From IMG/VR virus record IMGVR_UViG_3300013947_000022, positions 96,001 through 160,000 of that record: a stretch of 64,000 bases of DNA; one strand, 5' to 3'. The notes beneath the pieces were generated by a model that saw only the letters and a list, made by a program, of their open reading frames with translations, was not told the DNA's origin and ran no database searches. Within the stretch, counting starts at the first letter, position 1; each line of letters opens with the position of its first letter. Source of the DNA: a virus. Its lineage: Duplodnaviria > Caudoviricetes. A program made the position numbers and the translations under genes. Shown here in pieces: positions 40,895-54,600 of the stretch.

Positions 40895-43566
40895 AATGAA
40901 TAAGCAGACAAATGATTTTATTATTAGCCTTAAAAATCACGCAGAGACCGAAGACCGCTTTGGAGATTACTATCTCAATGCAACAGCAGAATATCTTTCT
41001 AATATGAATGAGACTCCTATTGAGTATTACAATAAGGGCATTCTTTATAGCTATATTCAATCTGCTTTTAAAGATTTCATGTCTACTGCGGATTCTCCTC
41101 AGCTTGCCATGTACGATTTCTTCGATTCTTTTAATCGCAATGTTAAAAAGTCTTCTGACCCAGACCTTGTTCTTGCTCATGCCTGTTGTGTAGCTATGGA
41201 TTTAAGCAAAGTGCGTGAAAAGAAAAATGGCGTATGGGTGACAGTAAACGGTTTTCATGTCCCTGCCGACCCTAAAGACGATGAATTTTTAAACAAAAAG
41301 GAGAGTTAATTATGAATTATATTGACGCTTCCATTGAGATGAAAATTATGGATGATGATAGTCCCAAGTTTGAAATTATTTATCCTCAAATTGTTAAATG
41401 GGCTTGTTATACAGATAAATCTGGCGTAGTTACTATTTATAAAAATGGTCAGTATTGGGACGAGATTTACGATTTTTGGGAATTTAGGGATATTGCGCGT
41501 GATAGCGGCTCGGTTTCTCCTTTTAACACTCCTTATATTCGAGGTGTAAAAAAACATGATGCCAATCATGTTTTTGATGAGGATAAGAGCGTTAAATGGA
41601 ATCGTAATGCCGTAATTGAGTATAATAAGGCAGTAGATTCAATTCAGGCTAAAAACAAAAAGCTTCAAAAAGAAACAAGCGATGTTTTTAATGTGTGCGC
41701 TTCTGCTTGTATTAGAAATAATTTTAGTCAAGTCCATTTTGAAATTAGCCAAGATGAAATTGATTATATCATTGCTAATGCTAAAGAACATGACTACGAT
41801 TACACTTATGAATTAGTTGACCGAATTGAAGCGTATTGTCAATTTTATCTTGAGTTAATTAAAACGAGAGAAAACGATGCCTGAGATTTACGCAAAATCT
41901 TTTACCTTTCAGCATTTTCGAAGAAGAATACGGGGATAAATACGAAAATAATTAAAAACCTCTTGACAACTCCTTTCGCCTATGGTATACTAACCATAGT
42001 AAATGAAAGGGGTTGTTTTTAATGGAAATCATTCAGACTTTGGTTCTTGGAGCAATCGTTTTCTGTGCCAGTTCTAATCTTGGACGCGAGGTTGCTAACC
42101 ATATCATGTCTAATAAGGAGGAGAAAAACGATGGTTAAGAGAGACAATTATGAGGCGCTTTGGAACGACCTTCACAACTTGATTGCAAACACTGTCGCAA
42201 ATAAGGAAGAAGTATCTCTATATACTATTCTTACTTATATGGATGGAGCAGAAGCCGAGCTTAAAAAGCGTCTGGCAAAGAAGAACTACGATGCTTATGG
42301 TCTTTCTTATGCTCTGGGACAGATTCGCTATGCTTCTTCTATGGATAGCATTTCTCCTTTCACCTTTAGTGATTGGGTAAGCCTGTATGAAACCATCAAG
42401 AAAGCCAAGGATGAGTTTGAAGCAACTCAGATTAAGTGGTCTGACGAGCGTAATAAGTGGATTTTCCGCAAGACTTCTGCAAAGCGTAACGATATTCATA
42501 CGGTTCTTCACAACCCATATCTCACTCCTAAGATGCAGAATATGCTCTGCTACATGGCTGACCATGACCTATTTTAAGGTTAATTGCACAAAAAGAGCAA
42601 TTACAAGAAAATTGCTCTTTTAAAGCAATTCAAATGAACAAAAACAAACCAAAAAATAATTCAAATAAAAGGATGATTTTATTTATGGATAACACAACCA
42701 ATTTTAAGGATTGCTACAAGTATTCTGATGTTTGTGCTCGTATCATTGGCGGTGGAGACCTTGATACCATTGATGAAATGGCTATTGCAGAAACTATCTA
42801 TCGTTCTAATTTCACTATTCGTAAGGTTTACGATTTTGGAGAAATTGGAACTTGGATTGCTAATAGCTACAGTTCCGATGATTCTTCCCACTATTGCTTT
42901 AGCAAGGAAGCTCAAGAATGGCTTACTGCTAATGAGGATTGGTGGACTGGAAAGATGGAACGAGAAACAGAAAAGAAAGCCCCTTTTGATTCTCATAAAA
43001 CAGCCCATACTAATTATTCTATCGACCATGTTATCAAATGCCTGAAAAATTCTCCCCTTTATACGACTGAAACAGTTGAATATCTTTATCGACTTAAAGA
43101 TAAGGGATATTCTCTTGTTTGTTGGAGTACAATTAATAGTTGGGTGGCTATTAATTATGATGTCGCAGAAGATAACACTCATGCTGACATTAAGCGTTTT
43201 AGTTACTATCATGCCTCTATTCTTGAAGAGAACTACGATAAGGGATATTTCGATGAATAAAAAGCATACAGAGTGTGGTATTCCTCATGCTCAAGACCTT
43301 ATCAAAAAGAAAGCTAATTTAATTCCAGATAACCTAAAAAAGAAAATGGAATCGTTTTCTTTTTGGCTTGACGTGTGGTATAAAAACGACTCTATTGAAT
43401 ACTTTAGCCATGATGAAAAAGGGTATATTCTTCATGGCTTAAGTAGACCAATTCGCGGACGTAAAATGGGCTGTGATAGAGAAATGCCCGAAGATTGTCA
43501 TGAAGCTGCGGATTGGGTTTTGGATAATTTTGAGTATTTTATATCTGTTTAAGCGAGGTAAAATAA

Positions 43567-43980
43567 ATGTATCAAATTAGAAATGGAGTTTTTGAGACAA
43601 ACTCTTCCAGTACACATTCTCTTTGTATTTGCACAGAAGATGAATTCGCAGATTTTAAGTGTAACAAAGCTGTATGGAACACAAATGACAATAAAATTAC
43701 TCCTACTAACAAAATCACCCGTAATTATCTTAAACGTGCTGAGGAGTATTATAAGAAACAGCAAACTCCTTTTATGAAAGATTGGGATAGTCTATCCGCA
43801 GAGTCTCAGCTTGAGTTTATTGTTTCACAGTTCGACCAGTCCTATGCGGGAGATTGGCTTTTTGAAGGTACAACCTTTTATAAGAATTGGGGAACTGAGC
43901 TTGAAAAATTTGAAAAACATTTTACAACACCTTCTGGTGATAAAATGGTGGCTTTTGGTGAATTTGGATACGACGGCTAA
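43567..43980 (+). CDS. FETNSSS-motif protein 3
   Basis: MYQIRNGVFETNSSSTHSL. Confidence 0.75.
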   Translation: MYQIRNGVFETNSSSTHSLCICTEDEFADFKCNKAVWNTNDNKITPTNKITRNYLKRAEEYYKKQQTPFMKDWDSLSAESQLEFIVSQFDQSYAGDWLFEGTTFYKNWGTELEKFEKHFTTPSGDKMVAFGEFGYDG

Positions 43981-45034
43981 AATTAAATTGAGGTAATTTA
44001 AAATGAAGGATATTGTTTATTCTATTCCTATTGAGGATTTTATTGACCGTGTAAACAAGGCTGATACAGAGCTTGTAAAGGACAGAAGTGACGAATATCT
44101 TCTTAATAGCAATCTCTGGACTGATAGTGAGCATATTCTTGCTAATGCTTGTCTCAACCTTGAAGATGCTCGTAATATGGGTATGGACACAGTTATTTGC
44201 TCTATCACAAATGGGATAAGCAAATGGTATGCTATGAAAAAAGGTGCAAATGGGTATCGCGGAGAAGATACTAAGCTATTTTTTGCTCCTGCTATGTATG
44301 CTCGTTTCTTTACACTGGTAAGGATTGAGGATGAATTTAAACCTTAATCGCACAACAAAATTTTAAAAGTCTCTTGACAACCCTCTTATAATCTGCTATA
44401 CTATATCATAGTAAGAAATAGGAGGGCTGTTTTTTATGTATAAAATCATTTCAAACAAAGCAACAACTTACAGTTGTACTTGTCCTGTGTGTAATAGTTA
44501 TTTCCTTTTTACTCAAGGGGAACTTCAATATCAGGACGCTTTTTCAGACCTTGCTTATTTTGATTGTCCATGTTGTGGCGCTGTCCTTACTAATGACAAA
44601 GCGGAAAAAGCACATAGACAAAGCCATTTCAATGAAGTTGTATTTTGAATAAAATATCCTTTTTATTCGTTTTTGGATTTCTTAAAATGTTTTCAGAAAA
44701 AATTATTCGGTGTAAATATACATTAAATAATACATAAAATGAATTAATATACAAGGAGAATACAATTATGAATCCTAATGTTTGCGCTGATACAACCACT
44801 TTTGCTCAGTATATGGAGAACAATCTGCATCTTTTCTGTCTTTGCGATTGCTATATCAATCTCTTCCCTCACTTTCCTAAGTCTGATGGTAAAGCATTTG
44901 ATGAACCCGTGCGAATGTCAATCAAAAACGCTCTCCAACTCTTTGGGGATAAAAACCTTATTCAAATTAAAATCTATGATGGCTGCTTTTATTTTCAACT
45001 CGAAATGAAAGATTGACAAAGGAGAATTATTAAA

Positions 45035-45334
45035 ATGCTTTATACTTATAATTTAACACTTGCTGATACGATTCTTTATATGAACAGTTCTGATTACAAA
45101 GAACGTTTTATTGGAGAATATTGGCAGACAAGAATCCGTTATGATAAGCTTCATGATATGACCGTAAGATACGAAGCAGGAAAGTTGAATTTTACTCCTA
45201 CTTGTTCTTTAGATTTGCTCAAGGAACAGAAGAAGTATATGGGACTGTATCTCAACAAGCTTGAAATTCGTGCGTTTCTTGAAGATATTAACCTTGCAAA
45301 GCCATTTATGATTAATAACAATATGGAGGGCTAA
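45035..45334 (+). CDS. crAss001_48-like phage protein
   Basis: MNSSDYKERF..EY.Q..RY.KL...PTC..DLL..Q...M..YL..LE.RA. Confidence 0.7.
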   Translation: MLYTYNLTLADTILYMNSSDYKERFIGEYWQTRIRYDKLHDMTVRYEAGKLNFTPTCSLDLLKEQKKYMGLYLNKLEIRAFLEDINLAKPFMINNNMEG

Positions 45335-46636
45335 CAAATGCTTACTATAAGCAAGATTTATCGCATCGTCGATGATAAGAACAACACTCGTATTACAGTT
45401 GAAAAAGATGGCGGCATCTATCGCTGGGAAGTAAAGAATGCTGATGGCGATGAGCTTGGTTTCACTCTTACTGACCTCAATATGTCTCATGTTTTTCAGG
45501 CTATTAAGGATATGGGCAATTTTGTTTGAGGTAAAACAATGATTATTGAAAAGAAACTTGATGAGCAGGGAATGCTTCGAGAAGATATTCTTAGAAACAA
45601 TCCATTTAAAGATTGTACTGCTCGTGAACTTCACTCTTATTGGCTTGCTCTTAAGAGGCTCTACAAAGAAGAGTGGGATTTTGTGAGCCAAAAAGATAAC
45701 CCCTTAACATCCATTCTTGCAGAAAAATATAGTTATTCTGAAAATTTTGTCCCTGATTTTATGGTCTTGCAAATGGAACAGGATTTGCTTCGAGCAATTG
45801 CTTGTGAAGCTTTTGGTTAAAAAATAAAAATTAAAATCCTATTGACAACCTCTTTAGAGTGTGGTATTATAATGATACTGAATCTAAGGAGGTTGTTTTT
45901 TATGAAGATGGAGCTTGGCACAAAGATTGATTATTTTGGTAATGTTTATGAGTATATTGGAAACGAAAGCGATTCTGATAACAGAATGATTTTCCAATCT
46001 GTTAGTAACGATTCTTATATTATCTTAACAGAAAAAGATTTTATTGAGGATGATATTCAGATTTTTTAAGGAGGCAAATATTATGCTTCACAGTATCAAA
46101 GACCTTGAAAATTGGCTCAAAAAGCATGGTAAGATTCTTGATAGCAAGGTAGAAATTTTAGAACCTCATAAGCCCAGATATTTTATCTCCTATGATTTTT
46201 ATTGGAATGGAGAACTGGCCGCAGGTTTTGCTTGCGGACAAAAGACCTACCGAAAGTGTTTGCAGACTATTTACAATGACTGTATTGAAATGATTTGCAA
46301 TTATATTACAAAAGGAGTGTATTGGGAATGAAGCGCGATAACCAGACTCACAATAAACTGGACAATTATATTCGAGAAGAGTTTCGTCGTGGCATGGAAA
46401 ATGATTCTACTTTCAAGATTAACTATCCCTCCGCAGATAGATTCCTTGAAATTGTCCAAATGATGAAAAAAGAATCTGACCTTATTGGAAAGAAGTCTAT
46501 GACTTTCTATGAAAGCGATTTCTATCGTGAAAGGCTCGAAGCTATTTCTAATCGAATTAATTTAGACATTGAAAAAGCTATTGAGAACGATAAGTCTCTT
46601 AAGCCTATTCCAAATAAGGCTGCTAAAACAAAGGGC

Positions 46637-46692
46637 TCTGTTTATGAAACTGTTATCTATGACGTCTGTTTATGAAACTTTTATCTATGACG
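46637..46692. repeat. 28-bp tandem duplication
   Basis: TCTGTTTATGAAACT(G/T)TTATCTATGACG twice. Confidence 0.85.
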
Positions 46693-48267
46693 GAGGAAGT
46701 TAATGGGAAAACATGAGTTTAAAAATGAGATTCTTTCTATCGAAGATGTTTCTAAGATAATTGAATTTATCGTATTTGGCATTTCTAACAATTTCATTTC
46801 TCGTCGGACTCCTCCTCATTGGGAAAAAGCAGTTGACGAATTTCATCGTTGTAAAAGCTGTGGAATTACCTATTTTAAACGAAGCAAAAAGATAACCGCC
46901 TATTATCCAGATAAGATTATCGTATCCCAAAACGGAGAGGATGTTATATGGCAAGGATTCTCTCCTGATGAATTGACCCCGCCCACAACTGGGCGAGATG
47001 TTTGTTGGAATCTAAATGACGACCTTGCTTCTTTTCTTGAAGCTATCTATGAATTTAAATTAAACCACCTCTAAAAATCTAAAAAAGAGAAATGAATATT
47101 TATGTCAAAACTCGGTAATGTATACGAGCTGGATTTTAATACAAGAATGAAGAATAAATATCCAGTTGTGTACATCAATGACGAATATATTGTTTGTAAA
47201 CGCAATGGAACTAAATATCCAAAAGTAGTTAAGCGCAACGATGGCAGTATTTATGTTTATGGAGAAGTGCTTGACTATGCTATTTTTAAAGCGATGAGCA
47301 ATCCTCTTAAGGATAGAAGTTCTTATACCCTCTATGTTCCCCACGGTACTAACGAAACTTTTTCTGAGTTTTATGCTCAGTCAGAAGCAGAAAAAGAACT
47401 TGAAAAGGCTAAGAGACAACTTAATACTGCCACTTGGAATTTAAACAAACTCGTAAAAGAACTTGATGAAATTAAAAATAAAATTAATCAAGTTCAAAAA
47501 ACTGTCGCAGATAGACAAGCTGTAATAGACAAGTATGAGGAAATTGTAGCAAAGGAGAAAAAGAAAGCTGATGTTAAGTACGGCTATTAAAAATAGCATT
47601 TGACAAGATAAAATCTTATAAAACTATTGACAACTCCTTTTCAGTCTGGTACAATAATAGTATCAAAGAAAAGGAGTTGTTTTTTATGCGAGTTGATTTA
47701 ATGATTCAATCTTTTCAAAAAAAGACAGATGAATTTAAAGATATTATGGACGAAGCATTGTCTAAAAACGACTCTATAATTTATGAAATGTTTAAGGAAT
47801 ATTATGATGAATCTTTTACTTTTCTTAATCAGTTGAAGATGTTATTGGATAATGGATATAAGCATTGTTATATGATACCTGTTTTTCATCGAAACGGAGA
47901 AGATTACGACTTACGCTTTACTTTTACCAAAATAAGAATTAAATATGAATGGCAATTACAAGACATAAATCATATCGTCTTTGGTAGTGATGATAGCTAT
48001 AGAATCATATACTCCAATATTTTTAATTGGGAGATTAACGGAGAAGCTTATTATATCTACGGAGATTTTGGCTTTAGTTATGGCTCCCAAATGCAAAAAG
48101 ATGGAGTTCCTTGGCGTAATATTCCTGAGTACAAGCGGATTGACGATTGGCGCGGGAATCATCTTGATGATGATTTATATGAAGATGAAAAGGAAAATGA
48201 AGAAGAAATTGAAAAAACGAGTTTAAAAAATGAAGATTCCGCTCACCTTTCTACGCTCCATGCTCCT

Positions 48268-48350
48268 ACTTAAAATTTTTAAGTCAAATATACATCGCAC
48301 TTAAAAAAATTAAGTCAAACCCACCCCAAACTTAAAAAAATTAAGCAAAA
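48268..48350. repeat. three phased palindromic repeats (31-bp period)
   Basis: ACTTAAAA(A/T)..TTAAG at 48268, 48299, 48330. Confidence 0.75.
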
Positions 48351-49498
48351 TGGTAAATAAAATGGAAGTTTTATTTGCCACCTTTTCTACTCTCGTTCAC
48401 ATTCTGTTCATAAATTGTTTCGACCAGTTATTAGGAGGTATACCATGAAAATTGAAAAAGCTATCGCTACTATTATTCGTACTATCAAAGATTATAAGTC
48501 TCAACCTTTTGTTACCTGCACTCCCCTCTTTGAGCTTATGTGTGAACAACTTATTAGTCTTCTTGATTCAAAACAGAAACAGGGCTATGAATACTTCTTT
48601 TATGTTCATGATGGTAGAAAAGATGAACGTGGTTTCTATTTGAATAATTATATTTTGACTTTTACCGACGTTAAACACGTTTCTGATATTGAATCTCAAA
48701 ATTATTTCCAGATTGATGATGAATTTTCCGATTTGATTGATTTTATTGATTTCGATTTCTGGTATGCTTATTGTCTGGACGATTATAAAATTCTTGCTGT
48801 TGTAGAGTGAAATAAGAGGATTAGAGTAAACTGAAAAATAATATTGAAAATTCTATAAAAACCTATTGACAAATCCTCCTTTGTCTGGTATACTTGTTAT
48901 ATCAAATGAAGGAGGATTTCTTTTATGAATAAGAATAAGTACAACGCTCAAATTTTTCCTAATGGTCATGTGATTATCTTTGAACAGAGTATTCTTGATG
49001 AGGCAATTGAAAAGGGAAAAGAGATTCTTCTTGTTTGTGTCAACGCAGATGGTGGTTATGCTTACGCAATTGGAGCGGAACCTTATGAAGACGGATTGTG
49101 TTTGTACACAAATACTATCGACAATTCTATTTTTACCCCAGAAGATTACAATAAATTTTATCGTATTATCATTGATTGGGGTGAAGATATTATTATGGCA
49201 AGTGGATACCCTGCTACCTCTTATCGTTTTGGCTATTTTATTGATGATAAAAGTGAGATTGTTGATTATAATAAGGCACTTTTTCGTAAATTTGTTGATG
49301 CGGAACGAACGGTAAAAAATCTTACGGTAAAACATATTGGCGGAGACAATGAAAACGAAAGAGATATTGAAGATTGGAAAGAACGTGTCTGGGCTTTGAT
49401 TCGCTATCACATTGTTTCGGAAGATGCTTTAAAGTATTGCGTAGAAGAAGATGAAGAAGAAAACGAAGAAGAAAATTAAGAGATAAGGGGGGCTTATT

Positions 49499-50089
49499 AT
49501 GTACAGTACACCTGTTAGAATTGATTCTACTATCGTTGCAAGCCGTCTTAAGATGGCTCGTGAAAATAAAAAGCTTTCTAAGGCTAATGTGGCTAAGGCT
49601 CTTAATATCGCTACAAGCTCTATGACTTACTATGAACAGGGACAAACTCTTCCCTCTATTGATAAACTCTATGCTCTTGCTGATTATTATGGCGTGACTA
49701 TGGATTGGCTCTGTGGGCGTGTTAATAAGAATGATGCTGTCCTTAAAACTGAATTTGATGTGGCTGAGATTCTGCTCGCTGCTTTGCAGTTTGAGGGTAT
49801 CGAGCTTACTACTGAAATTAAGTCCGATTCTTTTAATAAAATTGAATTCGCTAAATTTGCTTTAAATTCTCAGTTTCTCAATCAATTTTTTGTTAATCGT
49901 TTTTATCTAAATCGAATTAAAGAAAATTGTACCACAGAAGAAACTAAGCAAACTATGCTTGAGGTTATTAAGGCTCGTCAGGAAATTGAATCTATGTACA
50001 CTAAGATGCTTGAAGAAACTGATTTGAAGCTTAAAGATGGTCAGGATAATATGAGCGTTCGCAGAGATAGAAGTATTTATAGTAAGTAA
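49499..50089 (+). CDS. XRE-family HTH regulator
   Basis: RLKMARE..LSKANVAKAL..YYEQG..LPSID.L..LADYYGVTMDWLCGR. Confidence 0.9.
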   Translation: MYSTPVRIDSTIVASRLKMARENKKLSKANVAKALNIATSSMTYYEQGQTLPSIDKLYALADYYGVTMDWLCGRVNKNDAVLKTEFDVAEILLAALQFEGIELTTEIKSDSFNKIEFAKFALNSQFLNQFFVNRFYLNRIKENCTTEETKQTMLEVIKARQEIESMYTKMLEETDLKLKDGQDNMSVRRDRSIYSK

Positions 50090-50231
50090 ACTTGTTTATC
50101 TTATATGCTATAAATAAGTTTGCAACAAGTTTAAAATATTTCTTGACAATTTATATCTTGTGTGTTATAATGTAGACAGAGATTGATATAGTCTCTGTCT
50201 ACTTTTTGTGTCTTAAGGAGACTTAATATAA

Positions 50232-51653
50232 ATGTATGATTATGAAACTATAAGAAAAAATTTTGAAAAAATTAAGTCTAAAGAAATATTAACATATAAA
50301 CAAATGTGCGAAAAAATAGGCGATATTCCATCTACAAATGGCGCTCGAAGAAAACATCAGTTTGAAGAATGGAAAAGATATGTCGATTGGAAGTCTGTCG
50401 GTCGAGGTAATTTTACTAAAATTAAATTGTTTTCAGAAGAAGAAGTTATAGAAAATATTTTTGAAAAATGTATGACTGATAGCCTTAGTTATACTTTAAG
50501 CGCCTTTCTTGTTTTATACGCTTCTTATAGCGATGGAAAAACAAGACTATATACTTCTTATTCTGAATTGGCTAAATCTTTTGGTATGTTTAACGAAGAT
50601 TTTAATACAGCTCGTTTTAATTTACCTGAAACAGAATTTGATTGTGAAACAGAATTGCTTGGTTTAAGAAACGACCGTTATGATGGGCTTGAAGAAATGA
50701 AATTGGCTATCCGTCAAGCAAGAAAAGATAATCCTAAAGGTCTTTCTACTAAAAATCATAAATCAGTTCAAGATTTTTTCTTGCGTTATTCCAGAAATGC
50801 TAACGGTAAAATTGAATCAATTTTAAATAAGTTTAAAAAAGATAAAGTTTTAAATTATTCTGAAACTTATTGCGGTGCTTTTTTTGATGGAAATAATGAA
50901 GATATTCAGGCTCATTTAAAAGATATTTACTTAAGCCCTAAAGATAAATCATATTATTATGATGTTATTTCCAAAAATGAAAAGGACGAAGAAATTAAAA
51001 CAAGAATACTTGTTCCTTACAAAGATAGAGTTTTTGTTGGGGATGAAGAAGCTATTTATTTAACTATTCAAAATAAATATGCTCACGATTTGGGCTACCG
51101 TAACTATGGTGAAGCTTTAAGTTTTGGTAAAGGAAAAGAAATTGATAAGCTTTCTCAAATAGAACTGCGAGAAAAACTTCATTGTTTTTATGTTCGTCCA
51201 GCTTTAAATATCTTATTCTCTCCTAATGGCTTAAGTTATAATAAGGAATACTATCAAAAGAATTTGGAAGAAATGTTTAGTATTCCTATTGTCTTATCTT
51301 CTATTCAAGAAACTAATAAGCAAAATAAATCTACTTTTTTAGATAATATAAAGGAAAGACAAGAAACTGAAACTCCATCTAATAGAAGGAAATTCGGTGA
51401 AGAATGGAGTTCTTTAGCTTGGAAAGAACTACAGCGTGAACAAAATATGTTCTACCTTGTGCAAGATAGACTATCTAAAAGATACCTTGATATTAAAAAT
51501 ACTAAATATTTACCAGAAACAGAAAATTCTTCTCTTCAATCTGTAGTCGATTATGAGGGACAATATAAAGATAGTATCTGGTTGAGCGTATTTGAAAATA
51601 GTATCCGTAAAACAGAAAATTTAACCTCTTGTCATTCTCTTGACATTTTGTGA
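50232..51653 (+). CDS. hypothetical 473-aa protein (possible replication initiator)
   Basis: Own promoter and TAAGGAG SD; followed by a long structured non-coding region. Confidence 0.7.
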   Translation: MYDYETIRKNFEKIKSKEILTYKQMCEKIGDIPSTNGARRKHQFEEWKRYVDWKSVGRGNFTKIKLFSEEEVIENIFEKCMTDSLSYTLSAFLVLYASYSDGKTRLYTSYSELAKSFGMFNEDFNTARFNLPETEFDCETELLGLRNDRYDGLEEMKLAIRQARKDNPKGLSTKNHKSVQDFFLRYSRNANGKIESILNKFKKDKVLNYSETYCGAFFDGNNEDIQAHLKDIYLSPKDKSYYYDVISKNEKDEEIKTRILVPYKDRVFVGDEEAIYLTIQNKYAHDLGYRNYGEALSFGKGKEIDKLSQIELREKLHCFYVRPALNILFSPNGLSYNKEYYQKNLEEMFSIPIVLSSIQETNKQNKSTFLDNIKERQETETPSNRRKFGEEWSSLAWKELQREQNMFYLVQDRLSKRYLDIKNTKYLPETENSSLQSVVDYEGQYKDSIWLSVFENSIRKTENLTSCHSLDIL

Positions 51654-54600
51654 AAAAATAGCTTAAAAATTGAAGTCGATTTTTCCCTTATAATTCAAGC
51701 TAAAAATGCTGTTTTTGAGACCTTTATATAGAAGGTACAACCTAATTGAATATATAATATAATTTATTTAGTATGCCTGTACCTTCTATATAAGACCTTA
51801 AAAAAGTCCTCTAAAGCCTTATAAAATAAGGGAAAAATGCGATTCGAAAAATGAAGCGTTTTTGGCAGGTTTGTCAAATAATACCAAATTGGTTCTTGAC
51901 AGATATTTTTATCCTCCTTCGCTTGCGTGATTATTCGTTTCGAAAAAAATGTCACTTCGCTGCGCTTCGCTCCATTTTGTTTCTTAACGAAAATCCCGTC
52001 TGCGCTTGCTCTTTGTGACTAATTGCTCGTTATTCCTGATGCTTTGCCACTGGAAAATATCCTTCGCTGCGCTCGGACTTGTCCACTCCTGCTTTGCGCA
52101 AGCGCAAAGTTAGTCGTGTACTGCGCTCTTACGAGTATTTCCCAGTCATGCTTCGGAACACAGTTCCTCGCATGGTTCTTTGAAAAAAGAGAGAAATTTT
52201 TATGAATCTTTTTATTAATTTACTTGACAATGTAATTTTTTTGTGTTATTATTTGTATAGTAAATAATATGATATGACTAATGATATGGTTATGGAAACG
52301 CTGAGTGAAAGTGAAATGGTATAGTGAACTTAGAGTTTTAGGAGCGTTAGCGACGCTAAACTCTTTAGTTCACTCCTATTTCACGACTTTATATATTTGT
52401 ATTTGTATATTTGAGGTTTGTGTATGGGTGCTATTAGAGATAAGTTGAATTCTATTGCTAAAAATGAAAGATTGTTTTCCTTAAATGAATTATACGATAA
52501 AGAAGGCTCTATGTCTTGGAACGAGTTCTTTTCTGAATTAACTCAAAAAGTTTCTGCTATGTCTGACGAAGAATTTGCTCTTTATATTTTTCAAGGCGAT
52601 ATAAAATCTGCTGAAAAACTTTTAAAGGAAATTGAAAGTTTTCATAAAATTCGTAAGGGTATTACTTCTGATTATGAGAAACTGAGCCATAGTAATATCG
52701 AGGAGAATTAAATGATTGAAAAAAATGATTGAAAAGAATAAAGTTTATGAAATAAACTATGTTAAAGGCGTTTACCTATTAAAAGATTTTTGTGACACCT
52801 TGAAGAAAAATAGAAAGGTTTAATAAGGTTTAATTATGATTGTTGATGACATTGTTAATGGTAAGGTCGTTCCTTATGATGTAACTTCTGTTACGCTTAA
52901 TGTAAATGAAATCCCTGTTCCTGTTTTTATGTCTATTACAAATTCTATTAATTTATCAGATGATGAAAATTATTCTTATTTCGTCTATAGAAATCTTAGG
53001 GCTTATGATAAATGGGATTTAATTGATGAAAATGGTCAGAGACAGGAAGTTGATAATGATTTGGGTTGTTGGCTGAATGGTCTTATTAAGACTTATTTGA
53101 TGCTTTTCTTTAATTGGAATGTAACATATAAAATTCATGGTCAGGAAATTGCTGTCCTTGTTCATGGAGATAATCAGAATAGAGAATTTGATAATTATAA
53201 CTTTGATATTGAAAAGCTTGGCTTGAAGCCTTGTTATGATGAACATGGAAAGCTGTGTTCTATTATGGTTGAGTTTAATCTGTGCTTGGACAATACTATT
53301 GTTGAAAGTATGGAGAAGTACCAATGAAGCAGAGCTTTAAAATTGATGAAGTTCTTGAGATTATCAAAAAGAATTTAAAAAACCTAAATAAACCAGAAGA
53401 TTCTCTTGATATGATGCAGGATATTCTCGATTTGCAAAGTATGAAAATGCTTATGAAAAATAATGAAAATATTTATTTTTCGGGTAATCTTTGGTGTATT
53501 GAGGTTGAATCTTTTGGCGAGATTAATAAATGGACTTTACCTAAGTGGATTGGAGATTTGTTGAATGATGAAGCGTAGATTTAAAATTGATGAAGTCATT
53601 AATATGACTGACAATATCTATTATGTTACTGCTGATGATGTGAGAGATTTATGGGATTTGAAAGAAATTGGCTTTGAGAATGTCAGGTGGGTTAAGGATT
53701 TGTTTACAGAATTTGGTGGCTGCTGGATTGCTGAGAAAGATGATTATGAAATGTATGAAGCTGACTGTGACGATAGTAAGCATGGTGGAATGGTCGTTTG
53801 TCTGAGTGTGAGAGTTGGTAGAATGCTTAGTGAGTATTGCGAGAAAGAAAACAAGGTTGAAAATGCCAGAACTAAAAATAAGGTTGAAATTTTGATGTAT
53901 GATTTGCATGATAGTCTTAACAAGTGGAATGGAGATAATCAAAAAGGCGTGGAAAGAATTATTCTTGTGTTGGAAGATTTAGTTGATGTGTTTAGACAAA
54001 TTAGGGATAAGCAGATTGATGATGTTGAATTATATTGATAATCCAATCTATTTTAAGATTGATAATGTATCTTTTTGGTGTGAAGATGTTGTAAACTCTT
54101 TTAAAGAAGTTGCTCTTGATAATGATAAAGATAGAGAGTTTGTTGAGTGTTGTAAGGACCTATTGGAAGAATGTATTTATCTAAATGAAAGTGTTTTTCT
54201 GAAAGATAAAACTATTAGAATTCGTAAAGTTAAATTCGATGATAATAATGGTAGTGAAGTTTGGATTGGTGAATGGGAAGAAATGTTGGATAGAATGCGT
54301 GATGGTATGGTTGGATATTATAGGTTCGGTGAGAGTGGGCAGAGAGTGTTGGAGGAAATGAGTTGTAAAGTAACTCCCTTTGCTTGTAAAGTAAAAATGG
54401 AAAAGGAAGAGAGGAGATAAATAAGATGATTTCTTTTTTTGAAATTTTAGACCCTATAAGTACCGCTTGTAATGATTTTGGCAATTTTCTCGAAATGAAG
54501 CGTGATTTAGAAGATTTGAGAAAGTTTGCTTGTATGGGATATGAGTGGGTAAGACTCGTTTATAATAGTGGAAATGAAAAAATGTGGGTGCTTGAAAAGC

